IMG/VR virus record: IMGVR_UViG_3300038829_000100 | Span: 1 to 47,479 of that record | Length of the DNA stretch: 47,479 nucleotides | Origin: a virus | Lineage: Duplodnaviria > Caudoviricetes | Direction: 5' to 3' (one strand) | Shown: one piece after another, positions 9,058 through 19,648 of the stretch | How positions within the stretch are numbered: the stretch's first letter is position 1 | How the letters are laid out: every line of letters starts with the position of its first letter | Made by a program: the position numbers and the translations under genes | The notes under the pieces: model-generated | The model's database searches: none | The model's input: the letters and a program-made list of their open reading frames with translations, nothing else | What the model was told of the DNA's origin: nothing

Positions 9058-9570
9058 ATGATGAACCCTTTCATACTAGGTTTGATGTCCCTTGCTGGTG
9101 CAAGCAACCCAGACTTGTTGTCTCAGGTGATGAGTAGCGGTGGTGTTCCACCCCCAGCAACGGGGGCTTCGCCGCTAGATACAGCTAAACTCTTAATGGG
9201 AATGCCACAGGGCGACCAGTTAGGGGCGCTGCTTAATGGCCCCCAATCGCTACAGCCAACGGTGCAGCCTTCACCTGTAGGACCCGGCTTGTCAGCAATA
9301 GGGGCTTCCCCGCTGGCTGCAGGTGGGCTCGGTGGAGCCGGTCCAGCTGGGGCAGCTGCTTCGGCCCTCAGCGGTTTGCAGGGTGTTACAGCACCGACCG
9401 CTCCAAACCCCGTATTTAGTGGTGGCGTAGCTGGTGGCGTAGACACCCCGAAGGGTAATGCCTTAATGGGCAAAGTAGGGTCGCCGATGCTTGACCAGCT
9501 AATGATGTTGCTTAATGGTCGAACGGCCGATCCGTTGCGGGTACCGCCGCTTGGTTCGTTGTTAGGTTAA
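9058..9570 (+). CDS. Internal virion protein (Gly/Pro/Ala-rich)
   Basis: Low-complexity composition and position between ejection genes. Confidence 0.55.
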   Translation: MMNPFILGLMSLAGASNPDLLSQVMSSGGVPPPATGASPLDTAKLLMGMPQGDQLGALLNGPQSLQPTVQPSPVGPGLSAIGASPLAAGGLGGAGPAGAAASALSGLQGVTAPTAPNPVFSGGVAGGVDTPKGNALMGKVGSPMLDQLMMLLNGRTADPLRVPPLGSLLG

Positions 9571-9580
9571 GGAGATTGCT

Positions 9581-10393
9581 ATGGACTTTCTTAATCCTTC
9601 AAGCGCAGCTGTAGATCCTGTTAAGCAAAAAGATTTGCAAGCGCAATGGAAAGGCTGGGCTAGCGATCCTAAAGCGCAAGCTTTCCTGCTTAATACAGGC
9701 CTTCAGCTAATGATGCCTAGCTGGTACGGTGGCGGTACGTCTATAGCTCAAGCGGTTGGTAAAGGACTGGAGGGTGCTGGCGGTATAGAAAAGATGCAAC
9801 TAGCTGAAGCCGAGAAGCTGCGCGGAGAAGGCCGCAGCTTCGGCGACCGTGACGCTAATCGTGAAGATCAGCAGGCACACGATGTAGAGTTGGAACTTTT
9901 AAAACAATCGGGCCGTGCTGATTTGCTTGAAAGTAGGACCGGTTCTGATGGGGGGGGCTTTACGAAGGAAGAGCGCCAAGTAGCTGATAGAGAATATAAA
10001 CGAAGAAAGGCTGCTTTAGAGAAGGCAAACGCAGATCCGTTGGCTGAGACGGTGCTTTCAGCTGATGAGATTGATGCGCAGGCGCGGGCCGCCGCGCGGG
10101 ACGCTGTTGGGGCTAAGCGTAGTGCCTATGAAACGAAAGCTACCAGCGCAAATTCGGCGGCCGGGACGGGGCCAGTAGGGCAGGAAGGGGGCGATTTGGC
10201 GCCAAATCCTACCAGGCCAATATCACAAACGGGACCGGCCAGGACCCAAAATTCTCTTAAGACGCCGGGTCGTTCAGCAGCAACTATTTCTACACAGAAG
10301 AAGCCGTTAACGCCAGAACTTCTAGCAGATCCTTCAATTAACGATCCTGCTTTTAGATCGTTCTTGAAGGATAGAGGTTACGATATAGAGTAA
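9581..10393 (+). CDS. Internal virion / ejection protein
   Basis: AGGAG RBS; helical, charged protein directly upstream of the giant gene. Confidence 0.55.
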   Translation: MDFLNPSSAAVDPVKQKDLQAQWKGWASDPKAQAFLLNTGLQLMMPSWYGGGTSIAQAVGKGLEGAGGIEKMQLAEAEKLRGEGRSFGDRDANREDQQAHDVELELLKQSGRADLLESRTGSDGGGFTKEERQVADREYKRRKAALEKANADPLAETVLSADEIDAQARAAARDAVGAKRSAYETKATSANSAAGTGPVGQEGGDLAPNPTRPISQTGPARTQNSLKTPGRSAATISTQKKPLTPELLADPSINDPAFRSFLKDRGYDIE

Positions 10394-10399
10394 GGTAAA

Positions 10400-13300
10400 G
10401 TGATGGATGAAGCACAAAAGCTGAAAGAGGAATTTATTCGACTGACGCAGGGGCAAGCAGCCGCTAGTGGTGGTCAGAGTGAAGTTCCGCAGACGGCTGA
10501 AGCAGCAAGCGTAGAGCCGCCGGCCGCAGCGCCGCAAAGCGTAAAGCCGCAAAGCTTGTGGCGCCAGTCGGTAGAGCAATTGGTGGAAGGTGAAAAAGCG
10601 GTTGCTCAAGGCCTACAGCGGGGGGCCGCTGATCTTGGCACCGCGACTATGCGTTCTTTAGGGCTAGCGGATCGTGAGGAGGTTGTAGCTCGGCAAAGCG
10701 CTAAGCAACAGCGAGTGCAAGCACAAGAAGCGGCACAGCTTAGAGCTGACTACTTAAGCCAGCAGCTTGGGGAGGATAATCCACAGACTTTAAAAGCAAG
10801 CTTTGAAGCTGAACAGCTAGCGTTGCCAAGCTACGCGGCGGCCGCAGGCGCTGGGGTACAGAGGGGCATTGCACAGGTACAGGAAATTGTGCCTACAGCT
10901 AAGGGGTTGGTAGGTGAGCTTAGTGGTGATCGTGAAGCGATCGATGCTGCGCAAGCTGAGGTAGGGGCGCTGCACGCGGGTGCGCCAAAGGCTGTAGTGC
11001 CAACACTAAGCGACGTTTATGACGCAGACGACTTTACGTATTGGTTGGTAGAGCAGCTAGGCGAGCAGGCGCCGGTAATGGCAGGGACAATCGCGAGTGG
11101 CGGACTGGGCGGTGGGCTGACAGCGTTAGTAGGTGCGGGGTTGGTACGGGCTGGGGCAATGCAAGGCATTAAGCTGGCACCCGCGGCGATTAAGGGCGCA
11201 GTTGTCGGGGCCTTTGCTGGTGGAACGTCATTAGAGACGGCGGCGACAGCGCAAGAACAGTTTGAACTTACCGGGGGTGAAAGCTATAATCCCGGACTAA
11301 GCCTTATGGCCGGTATGGCTAAGGGCGCGCTAGAGGTCTATACGCCGTTGATGTTAGGGAAGGGCCTGCTTAATCCAGGTAAGCACATTTTTGATGAGGC
11401 AGCTAAGTCGGCTGTTCGGGAGGGAGTAACAGAGACAGCGCAAGAGCTTGTTGATGTAGGAGCTAAAAAGTATACAGATCCAACCTATAGCTTTTTCTCT
11501 GGTGAAACCGGGGCTAGGTTGCTGGAGAGTGGTGCGGCCGGCTTCTTTGTAGGTGGGGCTTTCGGTGGTGGCGCAACGGCGATAGTGAAAGGTGTAGAAC
11601 AGGTTGTTGGAACGCCCGGTAAGAGCTTGCCGGGGCAATACAAATTAAGTGCACAAGAAATAGAACGAATGTTGGTTGAGGATGAGGGACCTGTAAGAGA
11701 TGGGCCGTTAACTACTATGCGCAAGTGGGCACGGCGCAAGACCGAAGCTAGTGATGTGGCTGGCCCTGAGGTGCGCTATGCGACTAAGGATGACGGGTTT
11801 GGTGTTAATCAAGTTGGTAGGTCGGTAAGGGATGATTGGGCTTACGCATTAGGTAATGAGCGAGATGAAGCGCGAAGGGAGTCGTTCGAAGATGACAATC
11901 TGCCGCGATACGCTGTGCTGGCGCCTGATGGGCAAAGGATGCTAACGCTCTATACAGCGGCAGAAGCAGAGGAAGCTGCGGCTCGGTTGAATGTACGGGG
12001 ACCTGAGGGGGTACGGTTTGTTGAAGTTAATATGAGGGCGCTGCAGCCAGCGGCAATTAGTGCAGATGTTTGGGATTTACCTACTGATCCCACCGATCAA
12101 AGGGTTACGTTCTTGCCGGGGGTTAGTAGTGAAGTTAAAGCGCAGGCGCTAAGAGATTATGCGATAGTAGCGCGGGCTGCGGCTAAGATGCGCGAGCAGC
12201 GTTTTGATTACGATCCTAATGCTGATAGTAAAGGTTGGATACCTGAAGCGCATGGCTCAGTAGAATTGCATGCGCTTTACGAACCGGTACTGGCTAAAGG
12301 ACTGCGCGTAGTGCCGAGTGCCAAAGCGAGCTTTGTCTATGCTGGAGATGGTACAATAGCCGGAACGAATGTTGATAGGCCGGACTCGAAGCGAGGACTC
12401 CACGTAGTTAGTACGCCGGGGATTGATCCGCGGATGGTGGGGAGTAAGTTTTATGCTGGGATAATACATGATAAAGAACCAGGACGGGCCCGGCACAGTT
12501 CAGTCTTCGCGATTGATTACAGTAAGGTGCCAGATGGTAGTGTATATGCACGACCGTTTCCTACGGGAGGTATAGCAGTTGGAAGGGCTAGAAAGATTGT
12601 TGAGGCTACTCTTGTTTTTCCAAAAACATTAACTGAGGCGCAACAGATTGAGGTTACAGAAGACTTTGTAAGAGCTTTAGTTTACGGACGTAATGAAGGT
12701 TGGTTTGCTGATCTTTATAAGCAAGGTATTTATTTGCGCCCTACTTCGCAAGTCAAAGACTTAGTTATGGTAGTTGGAAAGAGACTGCCTGATAATGCTA
12801 TTGTTAGAGGTAGTGAAATTCCAGGCGGAAACCAGAACTTTGCTAAGGCCAAACCGGTAGCGTTAAAGGAGGTAACACTTTTAACAGATGAGGCAAATTT
12901 ACTTCAAGCTACTCCCCGGCAACTTGAAGCTTATAATGAAACAATTAAAGCCCTGCGGCTTCTTGCGCCGATCCTTACTAAGGTTTTGAATGGACTGGGA
13001 ATGAAGCCGGGACTTAGAATTAAGTTGGCGGCGAAGCCTAAAGACGCTAGCGACCAGCATAATATTGGACCGTTTTATGATCAAGGTAATTATGCGATCT
13101 GGCTTGATGCTGATAGTCTTTTAAGACTTACAGACAGGACAGGATATGACTTGTTAGTTATTTTGCAGCAAGGTCTCCTGCATGAACTTGGTCACGCTAT
13201 TACACTGGAAACTTTTGCTAAGTTGCCCGACGCCCTTAAAACTAAAGTCTATCGTGATTACGAACTGGCGCGGCTACGGCACAGTTATAACGGTTCGGCT

Positions 13301-16300
13301 AGTAGTGCTGCACCAAGTATCTTTTATAACAACTTCTATAATGGAAGGCCGGTGGCGACGCCAGAGTATTACTTGACGTTTGGTGAATATTTAGCTGAAC
13401 AGATGAGACGGTGGTTAGGGCTAGAAAAGTTAGCATATGATGAAGTTAATGTTGCTTATAGTAAGATGGCGGATAAGTTGAATGATTATTATCAAGCTTT
13501 GGTCAAACAAGTTCCCGCGAAAATCTTTGAAAGCTTGAATGTTGCCGATCCTTCGATGTATGAATGGGCAAAGATGCTGGAGGATCTTGCTGCGCAGGGG
13601 ATTGAAAGTATGGCTTTAAAGTTGTGGGAGATGCCACAGCTAGATAATGTGCCGCAAGATTTAGAGGTGACAGAGCAGTTAGTGCGGCAAGCAATAGAAC
13701 AGTATAAGAGATTAATCCCGGCGGATGTAAGGGTACTGCTAGAGAGGGAGAACGGGATTGCACGGGGTGGCTTCTCGGAGTCAACAAGGACTTTGAAGTT
13801 GGTGTTGGGAGCGCTAGCTGATAATGGAAGTCCAAATATTGCTGCTAGAACTGTTGTGCATGAGGCGTTTCACGCGATCGAGTCGGTGCTTACGCCAGAG
13901 GAGCGCAGTGCGTTGCTGCGTGAAGCCGATAGGGTCGGTGCGTTGCCAACCGCGGTGCTGGGGCGCTATGCGCGACTCTACCGCTCGGCGATGGCTAAGC
14001 AAGGTTTGGCCGGTGAGGAGCTTATTGCGGCTGTTAAGCTGAAGGTTGATAGCGAGAAGATTGCGGTAATGCTGGAGGGTAGGCTTAACGGTAAGCAGTA
14101 TGAAACGTTGGTGGAGAAAATTCTAGATCGGTTAATTGAGTTGTGGAATACAATAAAGGAATTGGTGCTAGGGCAGGGAATTGTTAACGTCGAGCAAGTG
14201 ATTAGGGCGTTCTATCGCGGGGAGATGGCGCAGCGTTACGATGAGACGACGCTGAAAGGCCGGGGCTTTATAAGGTGGCAGAAAGCTATATCTGTAGGGC
14301 CTGTTACTGTTGATAATGATGGTCGGATTGTGTTTAGTCCGTTGGTTAAATATGCAGAGGTTAAACAGGTAGATGATAATATGTTCGTTGCGGTTCAGCA
14401 CACAACATATACCCGTCCGCCGGGTAAGGCTATTCACTACGAGTTTTATGAAGGACAAGCAGAAGGTGAAGGAAAGTTTAGCGGTACCGGCAAACAGATA
14501 GGTTACGTATCATTAGACAGCACCCCGAAAGGGTGGCTAATAGACATGACACATGTTGCTCCGGCTTTACGCAAGAAAGGCTATAACACCAAGTTTATGG
14601 CTTATATAGAGAAGGATTTAGGTGAGCATCTTAAAGCAAGTGGAACACTTAGAGATGACGGTTATCGGTATAGAAAAGCTAGGACGCCGAACGAGGTTAA
14701 GTACCATGTGTGGGATGAACAGCAAGAGTTTTGGTTAAGCCCTAATAAGATTAGAGAAGACTTGAGGAAGTGGCAGCGGATACTGGTTGAAGCGCAGACT
14801 TCGCCGGTGTCTGGGTTTAGGTTGTCGAAGGTAGAGCAAGAGGTTAAGCGGCATCAAGAACTGACGGAGAAAGTGTCGAAGGAAGCTTGGAGTGATCCAG
14901 CGCTAGAGCAATCGCATGCGTTAAACTCAGTTACGTTTACACCAGAGATGGTTAAATTTGTAGTAGACAACTATTATAATATGGATAGTAAAGAGCTTGC
15001 CAGACGTGTAGGTGTTGTACAGCCAAGATTGCTTGAGGAATTGCCAATTATAGCAAAAGCACACGGCTTAAAGTTAAGGCGTGGTGGTTTAAGCATAGAA
15101 CGTGTAAAGCTTAAAGAAAAAGCGGACTTGCTACCGTGGGCTGACCTTATTGAGCAACATAATAAAGGTGCAACGTTTCCAGTACTTGGTAAAAAGTATG
15201 GAGTACACCCCAAAACTCTTTCCAAGTGGCTTCCAGCAAAAGCTGTTGAATTAGGATTGAACCTTACACAGGTTGGTAATACAAAAGAAAGGGTAGAAGG
15301 AAAGGCAGAAAGAAATGCGGCTGTCTTAAAAGAAATACTGTCGGGTAAGTCGTATAGGGAAACGGCTGCAAAGTTTAATATAACACCTAGTACTGTAGCC
15401 GGCCTAGTTAGTCGCGATAAGAGTAAGAAACAGTTAGCTAAATACCAAGACGCCAAAGCTAACCTTGCACAAAGCGGAATGGTAGAAGCTTACCGCCGTG
15501 GAACAGAACTGCGCGAGGAACAGCTACTAGAGGCGATCAATGGCGATCCGGCACAGAAGGATGGCTTTGAACAGTTGGCGCTGAATGTCCGGGATGAAGA
15601 AAATAATATTCCTATTCAGCTGGAAGCGCTAGATACGGTTTACGCTCTAGATTGGGGCAACCGCGGGCAGAACGACCCCGAGGTAAATAGGGTGCTGTCA
15701 CCAGTTAAGCGCGAGGTGATAAGGATTAGTTGGTTCTCGAAGGTGTTTTTTAGTTTGCATCAGATTGGGTGGCGAAATAATCATATGCCAGAAGTGCGGC
15801 AATACGTGCAGCAGGTAGAGTTGTGGAATACTTTTCGCATGGGGCTGATTACTAGGGCTGATGAGGTCGTGCAGGATTGGGACAAACAACCGCTTGCACA
15901 GAGAGAAGCCATAGCTAATATGGTCTTTTGGGCCACGGAGATGGACTATAGGTTGCCCCATGAAATAGCCGCGAAGGTGTTAAGGCATCCGACCACAGCT
16001 GAAATTTCACGCTACGCTATGCAGAATAAGATGACGCCAGAAGCTGTAGCGTTATACGGTCGTATTCAGTTCGAGTTTCAGAACTTCCTTAATGAAGTTA
16101 AGTCGGCAACGGATGATAATATTAGACGGACAATTGCTGACCCAACAGCACAAACAAAAGCGCTGAGGGAAAACGCAGCAGACTTTCAAAAGATGGCAGC
16201 AAAGCCATACTTTCCGTTTACTAGGTTTGGTGAATGGGTGGTGACGGTGAGAGATCCGAATGCGAATAATAAGGTAGTGCATTTTGAAGCGTTCCAGTCG

Positions 16301-18439
16301 GCGGTAGAAAGGGACTCGGCGGTTAAAGGTAGTATTGTGCGTGGCTATCCCGGAATGGATATAGTGATCGGGCGGGTACCTGAAGATGTACATGAGTTTA
16401 TGGCTTTGCCGCCGATGCTCATTCGCAGTATTAAGGCGAAGATGCCGGGGCTCAGTCAGAGCCAGCAGGACTGGCTAGACCAATTCGGGTACGAAAATGC
16501 GCCGGAGCGCAGTTTTAAGAAGCGATGGCTAAAGAGGCAGGGAACGCCGGGCTATTCGATGGATGCCCTTCGAGTCTTCGCGCATTATTTTCGGTCTGGA
16601 GCTAACTATCTGGCAAGGGTGAAATATTATCAACAGTTGCGTGAACCGATCAACGAACTAGATAGTGATGCTAGAAAGGGGTTGGTGCGTGACTATAGTA
16701 AGCGCAAGCTGTTGATTGACTATATGAATGAACATTGGCAGTATATAATGGAGGGTGGGAAGGATTGGGCTAAATTTAAAGGGTTGGTAGCGTTGTGGCA
16801 GTTAGGGTTTTCGCCGGCGGCCGCACTAGTTAATTTGACGCAAACGTGGACGACGACTTATCCAGAGTTGGCTAGTAGGTTTGGGGACTTGAAAGTACAA
16901 GGGCGCTTGCTGAAAAACGGCAAGGGCGCTAGATGGACACACGGTCTCCCGCCGCGTGGATCTTCACCCTCTTACTTGAAGGCACGCGACGAAGCCGTAG
17001 CACAAGGCCGGATCGAGACTGGGCAAGCCCCTGAGTTGGGTAGCTTTGCTGAAGGCCCAAACCTTGAGCGAACGTTAGCAGGTACGTTAGAACAAAAGGC
17101 TTGGCGCGGCGTTAGCTATTGGGGAATGAAGGGCTTTGCAATGGCAGAGCACTTTAACCGGGAAGTAGCGTTTAAGACAGCGTTCGAGTTGGCGCTAGAG
17201 AACCCACGTATTCCAGATATGTTAGTGATTGGTCAGTATCAGTTACTGGAAAAGAATGAACTGATAGGTCGAACAGGTATGACGGATGAAGAGGCTACAG
17301 CGTTCCTTTTCGCACGTGAGTTGGTAGATAAGACGCAGTTCGTTTATTCGCCTTATGCAAGGCCCGCGTTCTTACGCGGGGGACCACAGAGTGCCCTACT
17401 GGTATTCTTTAGCTACACAGCTAACATGCTGTATGCGCTCTTTACCTCGCCGGCACGTGTTCGTATGTGGTTGGTGTTGGCGTTTCTTGGTGGCTTAGCT
17501 GGGTTGCCAGGTTCGGACGACCTTAATAAGTTGCTGCGTGCTCTAGCAAGCTTTATGTTTGGAAAGGACTTTAATCTGGAAGTCGAGGCGCGTGCAATGG
17601 TGCGCAATCTTACTAAAGGTACGATCTTCGACAAGGTAGGACCCGATCTTGTCATGCACGGCATCAGTCGATATGGATTTGGCTTGGGGCTTATCGCAGA
17701 TGGCTATGGTGCGCCGCGGTTCGACGCCAGCGCGAACTTGTCGATGGGACAGATTGTGCCGGGGCTCAGCCCTGGCTTGGACGCACTACATCAAGGTAAG
17801 AAGTTAGATGAAATGACTGGTGTGGTGGTAAGGGATGCGGCAGGAGCGGGCTTTGGAATTATCTTTAATCTGTTGCAGGTGCTGGCTGCGCAGCCGGGCG
17901 GTTCGGAGTGGAAGAAATGGGAGAGGGCGCTGCCCCGTGGCGTAAAGGCGGTGAGTAAAGGGTTGCGCTACGCAGTTAATGGCGAGGAGACTACCCCGCA
18001 AGGTGCTACGTTTGCACAGTTTGATATGAAGGACCCCGATGACGTAAGTACAGTGGTAATGCAGATGCTAGGTTTCACACCGGAGAAGATCAGCAGCAAG
18101 TATGAAGCGCTGGCGCTAAGTCGCGATACGCAGCTTTATTACAAAGCTAGAAAGACCGCGCTTTACTCGCAGATGCACCAAGCCATTACTGAAAAGGACA
18201 CGGCTGCGCGTGATGCGGTGAAGGAAAGGATGCTTGCTTTTAATGCTGAGATGGATCGTTTAGGGTTGGTGTCTGAAAAGATTAGCGGGGTTAATGTTGG
18301 GCGCAGTATTAAGATGAGAGAGCGCGCAAAGCTGTTGCAAGAAAGAGGTTTGCCGCCTAATAAGAGTGGCATCTCGGTGCAGCGTGAGGTGTTCGATCTG
18401 TTCCCGGGGCTGGAGTCGATAGAGAAGAAAGTGAAATGA
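10400..18439 (+). CDS. Giant (2679 aa) internal virion / polyvalent protein with two zincin HExxH motifs, GNAT-like and HTH modules and a PLxRFG-like region
   Basis: Gly/Ala hydrophobic N-terminal region; HELGH (13181-13195); HEAFH (13859-13873); HVAPALRKKGY (about 14550); three HTH-like segments (14935-15420); PYFPFTRFG (about 16205). Confidence 0.8.
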   Translation: MMDEAQKLKEEFIRLTQGQAAASGGQSEVPQTAEAASVEPPAAAPQSVKPQSLWRQSVEQLVEGEKAVAQGLQRGAADLGTATMRSLGLADREEVVARQSAKQQRVQAQEAAQLRADYLSQQLGEDNPQTLKASFEAEQLALPSYAAAAGAGVQRGIAQVQEIVPTAKGLVGELSGDREAIDAAQAEVGALHAGAPKAVVPTLSDVYDADDFTYWLVEQLGEQAPVMAGTIASGGLGGGLTALVGAGLVRAGAMQGIKLAPAAIKGAVVGAFAGGTSLETAATAQEQFELTGGESYNPGLSLMAGMAKGALEVYTPLMLGKGLLNPGKHIFDEAAKSAVREGVTETAQELVDVGAKKYTDPTYSFFSGETGARLLESGAAGFFVGGAFGGGATAIVKGVEQVVGTPGKSLPGQYKLSAQEIERMLVEDEGPVRDGPLTTMRKWARRKTEASDVAGPEVRYATKDDGFGVNQVGRSVRDDWAYALGNERDEARRESFEDDNLPRYAVLAPDGQRMLTLYTAAEAEEAAARLNVRGPEGVRFVEVNMRALQPAAISADVWDLPTDPTDQRVTFLPGVSSEVKAQALRDYAIVARAAAKMREQRFDYDPNADSKGWIPEAHGSVELHALYEPVLAKGLRVVPSAKASFVYAGDGTIAGTNVDRPDSKRGLHVVSTPGIDPRMVGSKFYAGIIHDKEPGRARHSSVFAIDYSKVPDGSVYARPFPTGGIAVGRARKIVEATLVFPKTLTEAQQIEVTEDFVRALVYGRNEGWFADLYKQGIYLRPTSQVKDLVMVVGKRLPDNAIVRGSEIPGGNQNFAKAKPVALKEVTLLTDEANLLQATPRQLEAYNETIKALRLLAPILTKVLNGLGMKPGLRIKLAAKPKDASDQHNIGPFYDQGNYAIWLDADSLLRLTDRTGYDLLVILQQGLLHELGHAITLETFAKLPDALKTKVYRDYELARLRHSYNGSASSAAPSIFYNNFYNGRPVATPEYYLTFGEYLAEQMRRWLGLEKLAYDEVNVAYSKMADKLNDYYQALVKQVPAKIFESLNVADPSMYEWAKMLEDLAAQGIESMALKLWEMPQLDNVPQDLEVTEQLVRQAIEQYKRLIPADVRVLLERENGIARGGFSESTRTLKLVLGALADNGSPNIAARTVVHEAFHAIESVLTPEERSALLREADRVGALPTAVLGRYARLYRSAMAKQGLAGEELIAAVKLKVDSEKIAVMLEGRLNGKQYETLVEKILDRLIELWNTIKELVLGQGIVNVEQVIRAFYRGEMAQRYDETTLKGRGFIRWQKAISVGPVTVDNDGRIVFSPLVKYAEVKQVDDNMFVAVQHTTYTRPPGKAIHYEFYEGQAEGEGKFSGTGKQIGYVSLDSTPKGWLIDMTHVAPALRKKGYNTKFMAYIEKDLGEHLKASGTLRDDGYRYRKARTPNEVKYHVWDEQQEFWLSPNKIREDLRKWQRILVEAQTSPVSGFRLSKVEQEVKRHQELTEKVSKEAWSDPALEQSHALNSVTFTPEMVKFVVDNYYNMDSKELARRVGVVQPRLLEELPIIAKAHGLKLRRGGLSIERVKLKEKADLLPWADLIEQHNKGATFPVLGKKYGVHPKTLSKWLPAKAVELGLNLTQVGNTKERVEGKAERNAAVLKEILSGKSYRETAAKFNITPSTVAGLVSRDKSKKQLAKYQDAKANLAQSGMVEAYRRGTELREEQLLEAINGDPAQKDGFEQLALNVRDEENNIPIQLEALDTVYALDWGNRGQNDPEVNRVLSPVKREVIRISWFSKVFFSLHQIGWRNNHMPEVRQYVQQVELWNTFRMGLITRADEVVQDWDKQPLAQREAIANMVFWATEMDYRLPHEIAAKVLRHPTTAEISRYAMQNKMTPEAVALYGRIQFEFQNFLNEVKSATDDNIRRTIADPTAQTKALRENAADFQKMAAKPYFPFTRFGEWVVTVRDPNANNKVVHFEAFQSAVERDSAVKGSIVRGYPGMDIVIGRVPEDVHEFMALPPMLIRSIKAKMPGLSQSQQDWLDQFGYENAPERSFKKRWLKRQGTPGYSMDALRVFAHYFRSGANYLARVKYYQQLREPINELDSDARKGLVRDYSKRKLLIDYMNEHWQYIMEGGKDWAKFKGLVALWQLGFSPAAALVNLTQTWTTTYPELASRFGDLKVQGRLLKNGKGARWTHGLPPRGSSPSYLKARDEAVAQGRIETGQAPELGSFAEGPNLERTLAGTLEQKAWRGVSYWGMKGFAMAEHFNREVAFKTAFELALENPRIPDMLVIGQYQLLEKNELIGRTGMTDEEATAFLFARELVDKTQFVYSPYARPAFLRGGPQSALLVFFSYTANMLYALFTSPARVRMWLVLAFLGGLAGLPGSDDLNKLLRALASFMFGKDFNLEVEARAMVRNLTKGTIFDKVGPDLVMHGISRYGFGLGLIADGYGAPRFDASANLSMGQIVPGLSPGLDALHQGKKLDEMTGVVVRDAAGAGFGIIFNLLQVLAAQPGGSEWKKWERALPRGVKAVSKGLRYAVNGEETTPQGATFAQFDMKDPDDVSTVVMQMLGFTPEKISSKYEALALSRDTQLYYKARKTALYSQMHQAITEKDTAARDAVKERMLAFNAEMDRLGLVSEKISGVNVGRSIKMRERAKLLQERGLPPNKSGISVQREVFDLFPGLESIEKKVK

Positions 18440-18465
18440 GCCAGAGGCTCATTTCTTTCCTTTAT
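18433..18465. terminator. Bidirectional terminator between the convergent arms
   Basis: Perfect stem GAAATGAGCC-AGA-GGCTCATTTC containing both stop codons, with pyrimidine runs downstream on both strands. Confidence 0.7.
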
Positions 18466-19648
18466 AAACGATGAAGATTTCACCGTTTCTAGTTTCCTTC
18501 TGAGCGTAGCCGGCGAGTATGTTGGCTTGAACAGCCTTAACGAATTCGTCGGAGCTTACGCGGTTGAAGCATAGTTGCCATAGGCGCTTGTAGCTTACCT
18601 CCCGCAAGTTGCGCAGCAGCCCGCGGATTTCTTCTGAATAGGCAGCACCTTGACTAACGCCGATAGAGCTGAATACCTTGTGCATATAGACTTCGACGGC
18701 GGTGAGCATCTGATCAGCTTCGAAAAGATCTTCCTGTTCCAACACCATTTCGTTACGTTTTGACGCGGCAACAACCATAGCCAATTTGTGTAGGTGAGTT
18801 TGTTTACGCGAAACGTATCCGGAGAAGCGGTCGCCTGATAGATGTTCGGGCCGCTCCAAACGCCAAAGATTTTCGTACCAGGAAACGCCCCACGATTTTG
18901 CTTCGTTAGAAAATGCATACTCTCCACGAAGCTCTGCAATCTCAAGGAGGTCGTGTATAAGTGCCTCCTCTTCCAGTTGGTACGATTTACTGGCAATGAG
19001 GTCTGCTGGATAAGCAACCAATTGCCGTTTCTGGTCCTCGTAGACGAAAACCATACGGGAGGTGAGACCCCCTCCAATAAGCACGTCCGGAAAATTGGCC
19101 TTAAGCCAAGCCGGCGTAGTGCATGCAATGATATTAAGCCAAGGATTAGTGATGGTGGTCTCGCCCTCACCTTTCGTGCGACGGCGCCACACTTCTTTCT
19201 GGCCGTCCCACATTGCGGTAAGGAAGTCGACCAGTTCCTGGTCGTCGGTGCGAAGGAATGTTCCAAGTTCGCCTACCCCTATATTAACGCAGCTCATAAG
19301 CTCGGGCTCGTCCAGGCCAGGAATAAGGACGCCTTCTTGAGCGTCCTTAAGCGACATGGTGAGAGCTTGCCAGGTCATTGACTGGGGTCCAAAGTGAACG
19401 TCAGGCAGTTTCTCCAGTAAGCTAATACCGCTTCTAACACTTGTCGACTTTGCTGCAATCCCTGGCGGTCCGACAAGGACAACATAGAAATTGGGTGTCC
19501 ATTGAAAGTGACGCTGATCGATCCAGACACGTCGACGCAAAGCACCAGCAACGGTAAAGACTCCGGTCCAGAGGTGGAAGGAGTCGGGGCTTTCACTATA
19601 TCGGGTGTGGGCGAGGTAGGCATGGAGCCAATTAGAGTAGCGTCGCAT
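18449..19648 (-). CDS. P-loop ATPase, putative replicative helicase (DUF3987-like)
   Basis: Walker A-like GPPGIAAKST, GELGTF, WDG and GGGLTSRMVFV motifs; last gene of the replication arm. Confidence 0.65.
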   Translation of the reverse strand: MRRYSNWLHAYLAHTRYSESPDSFHLWTGVFTVAGALRRRVWIDQRHFQWTPNFYVVLVGPPGIAAKSTSVRSGISLLEKLPDVHFGPQSMTWQALTMSLKDAQEGVLIPGLDEPELMSCVNIGVGELGTFLRTDDQELVDFLTAMWDGQKEVWRRRTKGEGETTITNPWLNIIACTTPAWLKANFPDVLIGGGLTSRMVFVYEDQKRQLVAYPADLIASKSYQLEEEALIHDLLEIAELRGEYAFSNEAKSWGVSWYENLWRLERPEHLSGDRFSGYVSRKQTHLHKLAMVVAASKRNEMVLEQEDLFEADQMLTAVEVYMHKVFSSIGVSQGAAYSEEIRGLLRNLREVSYKRLWQLCFNRVSSDEFVKAVQANILAGYAQKETRNGEIFIVYKGKK

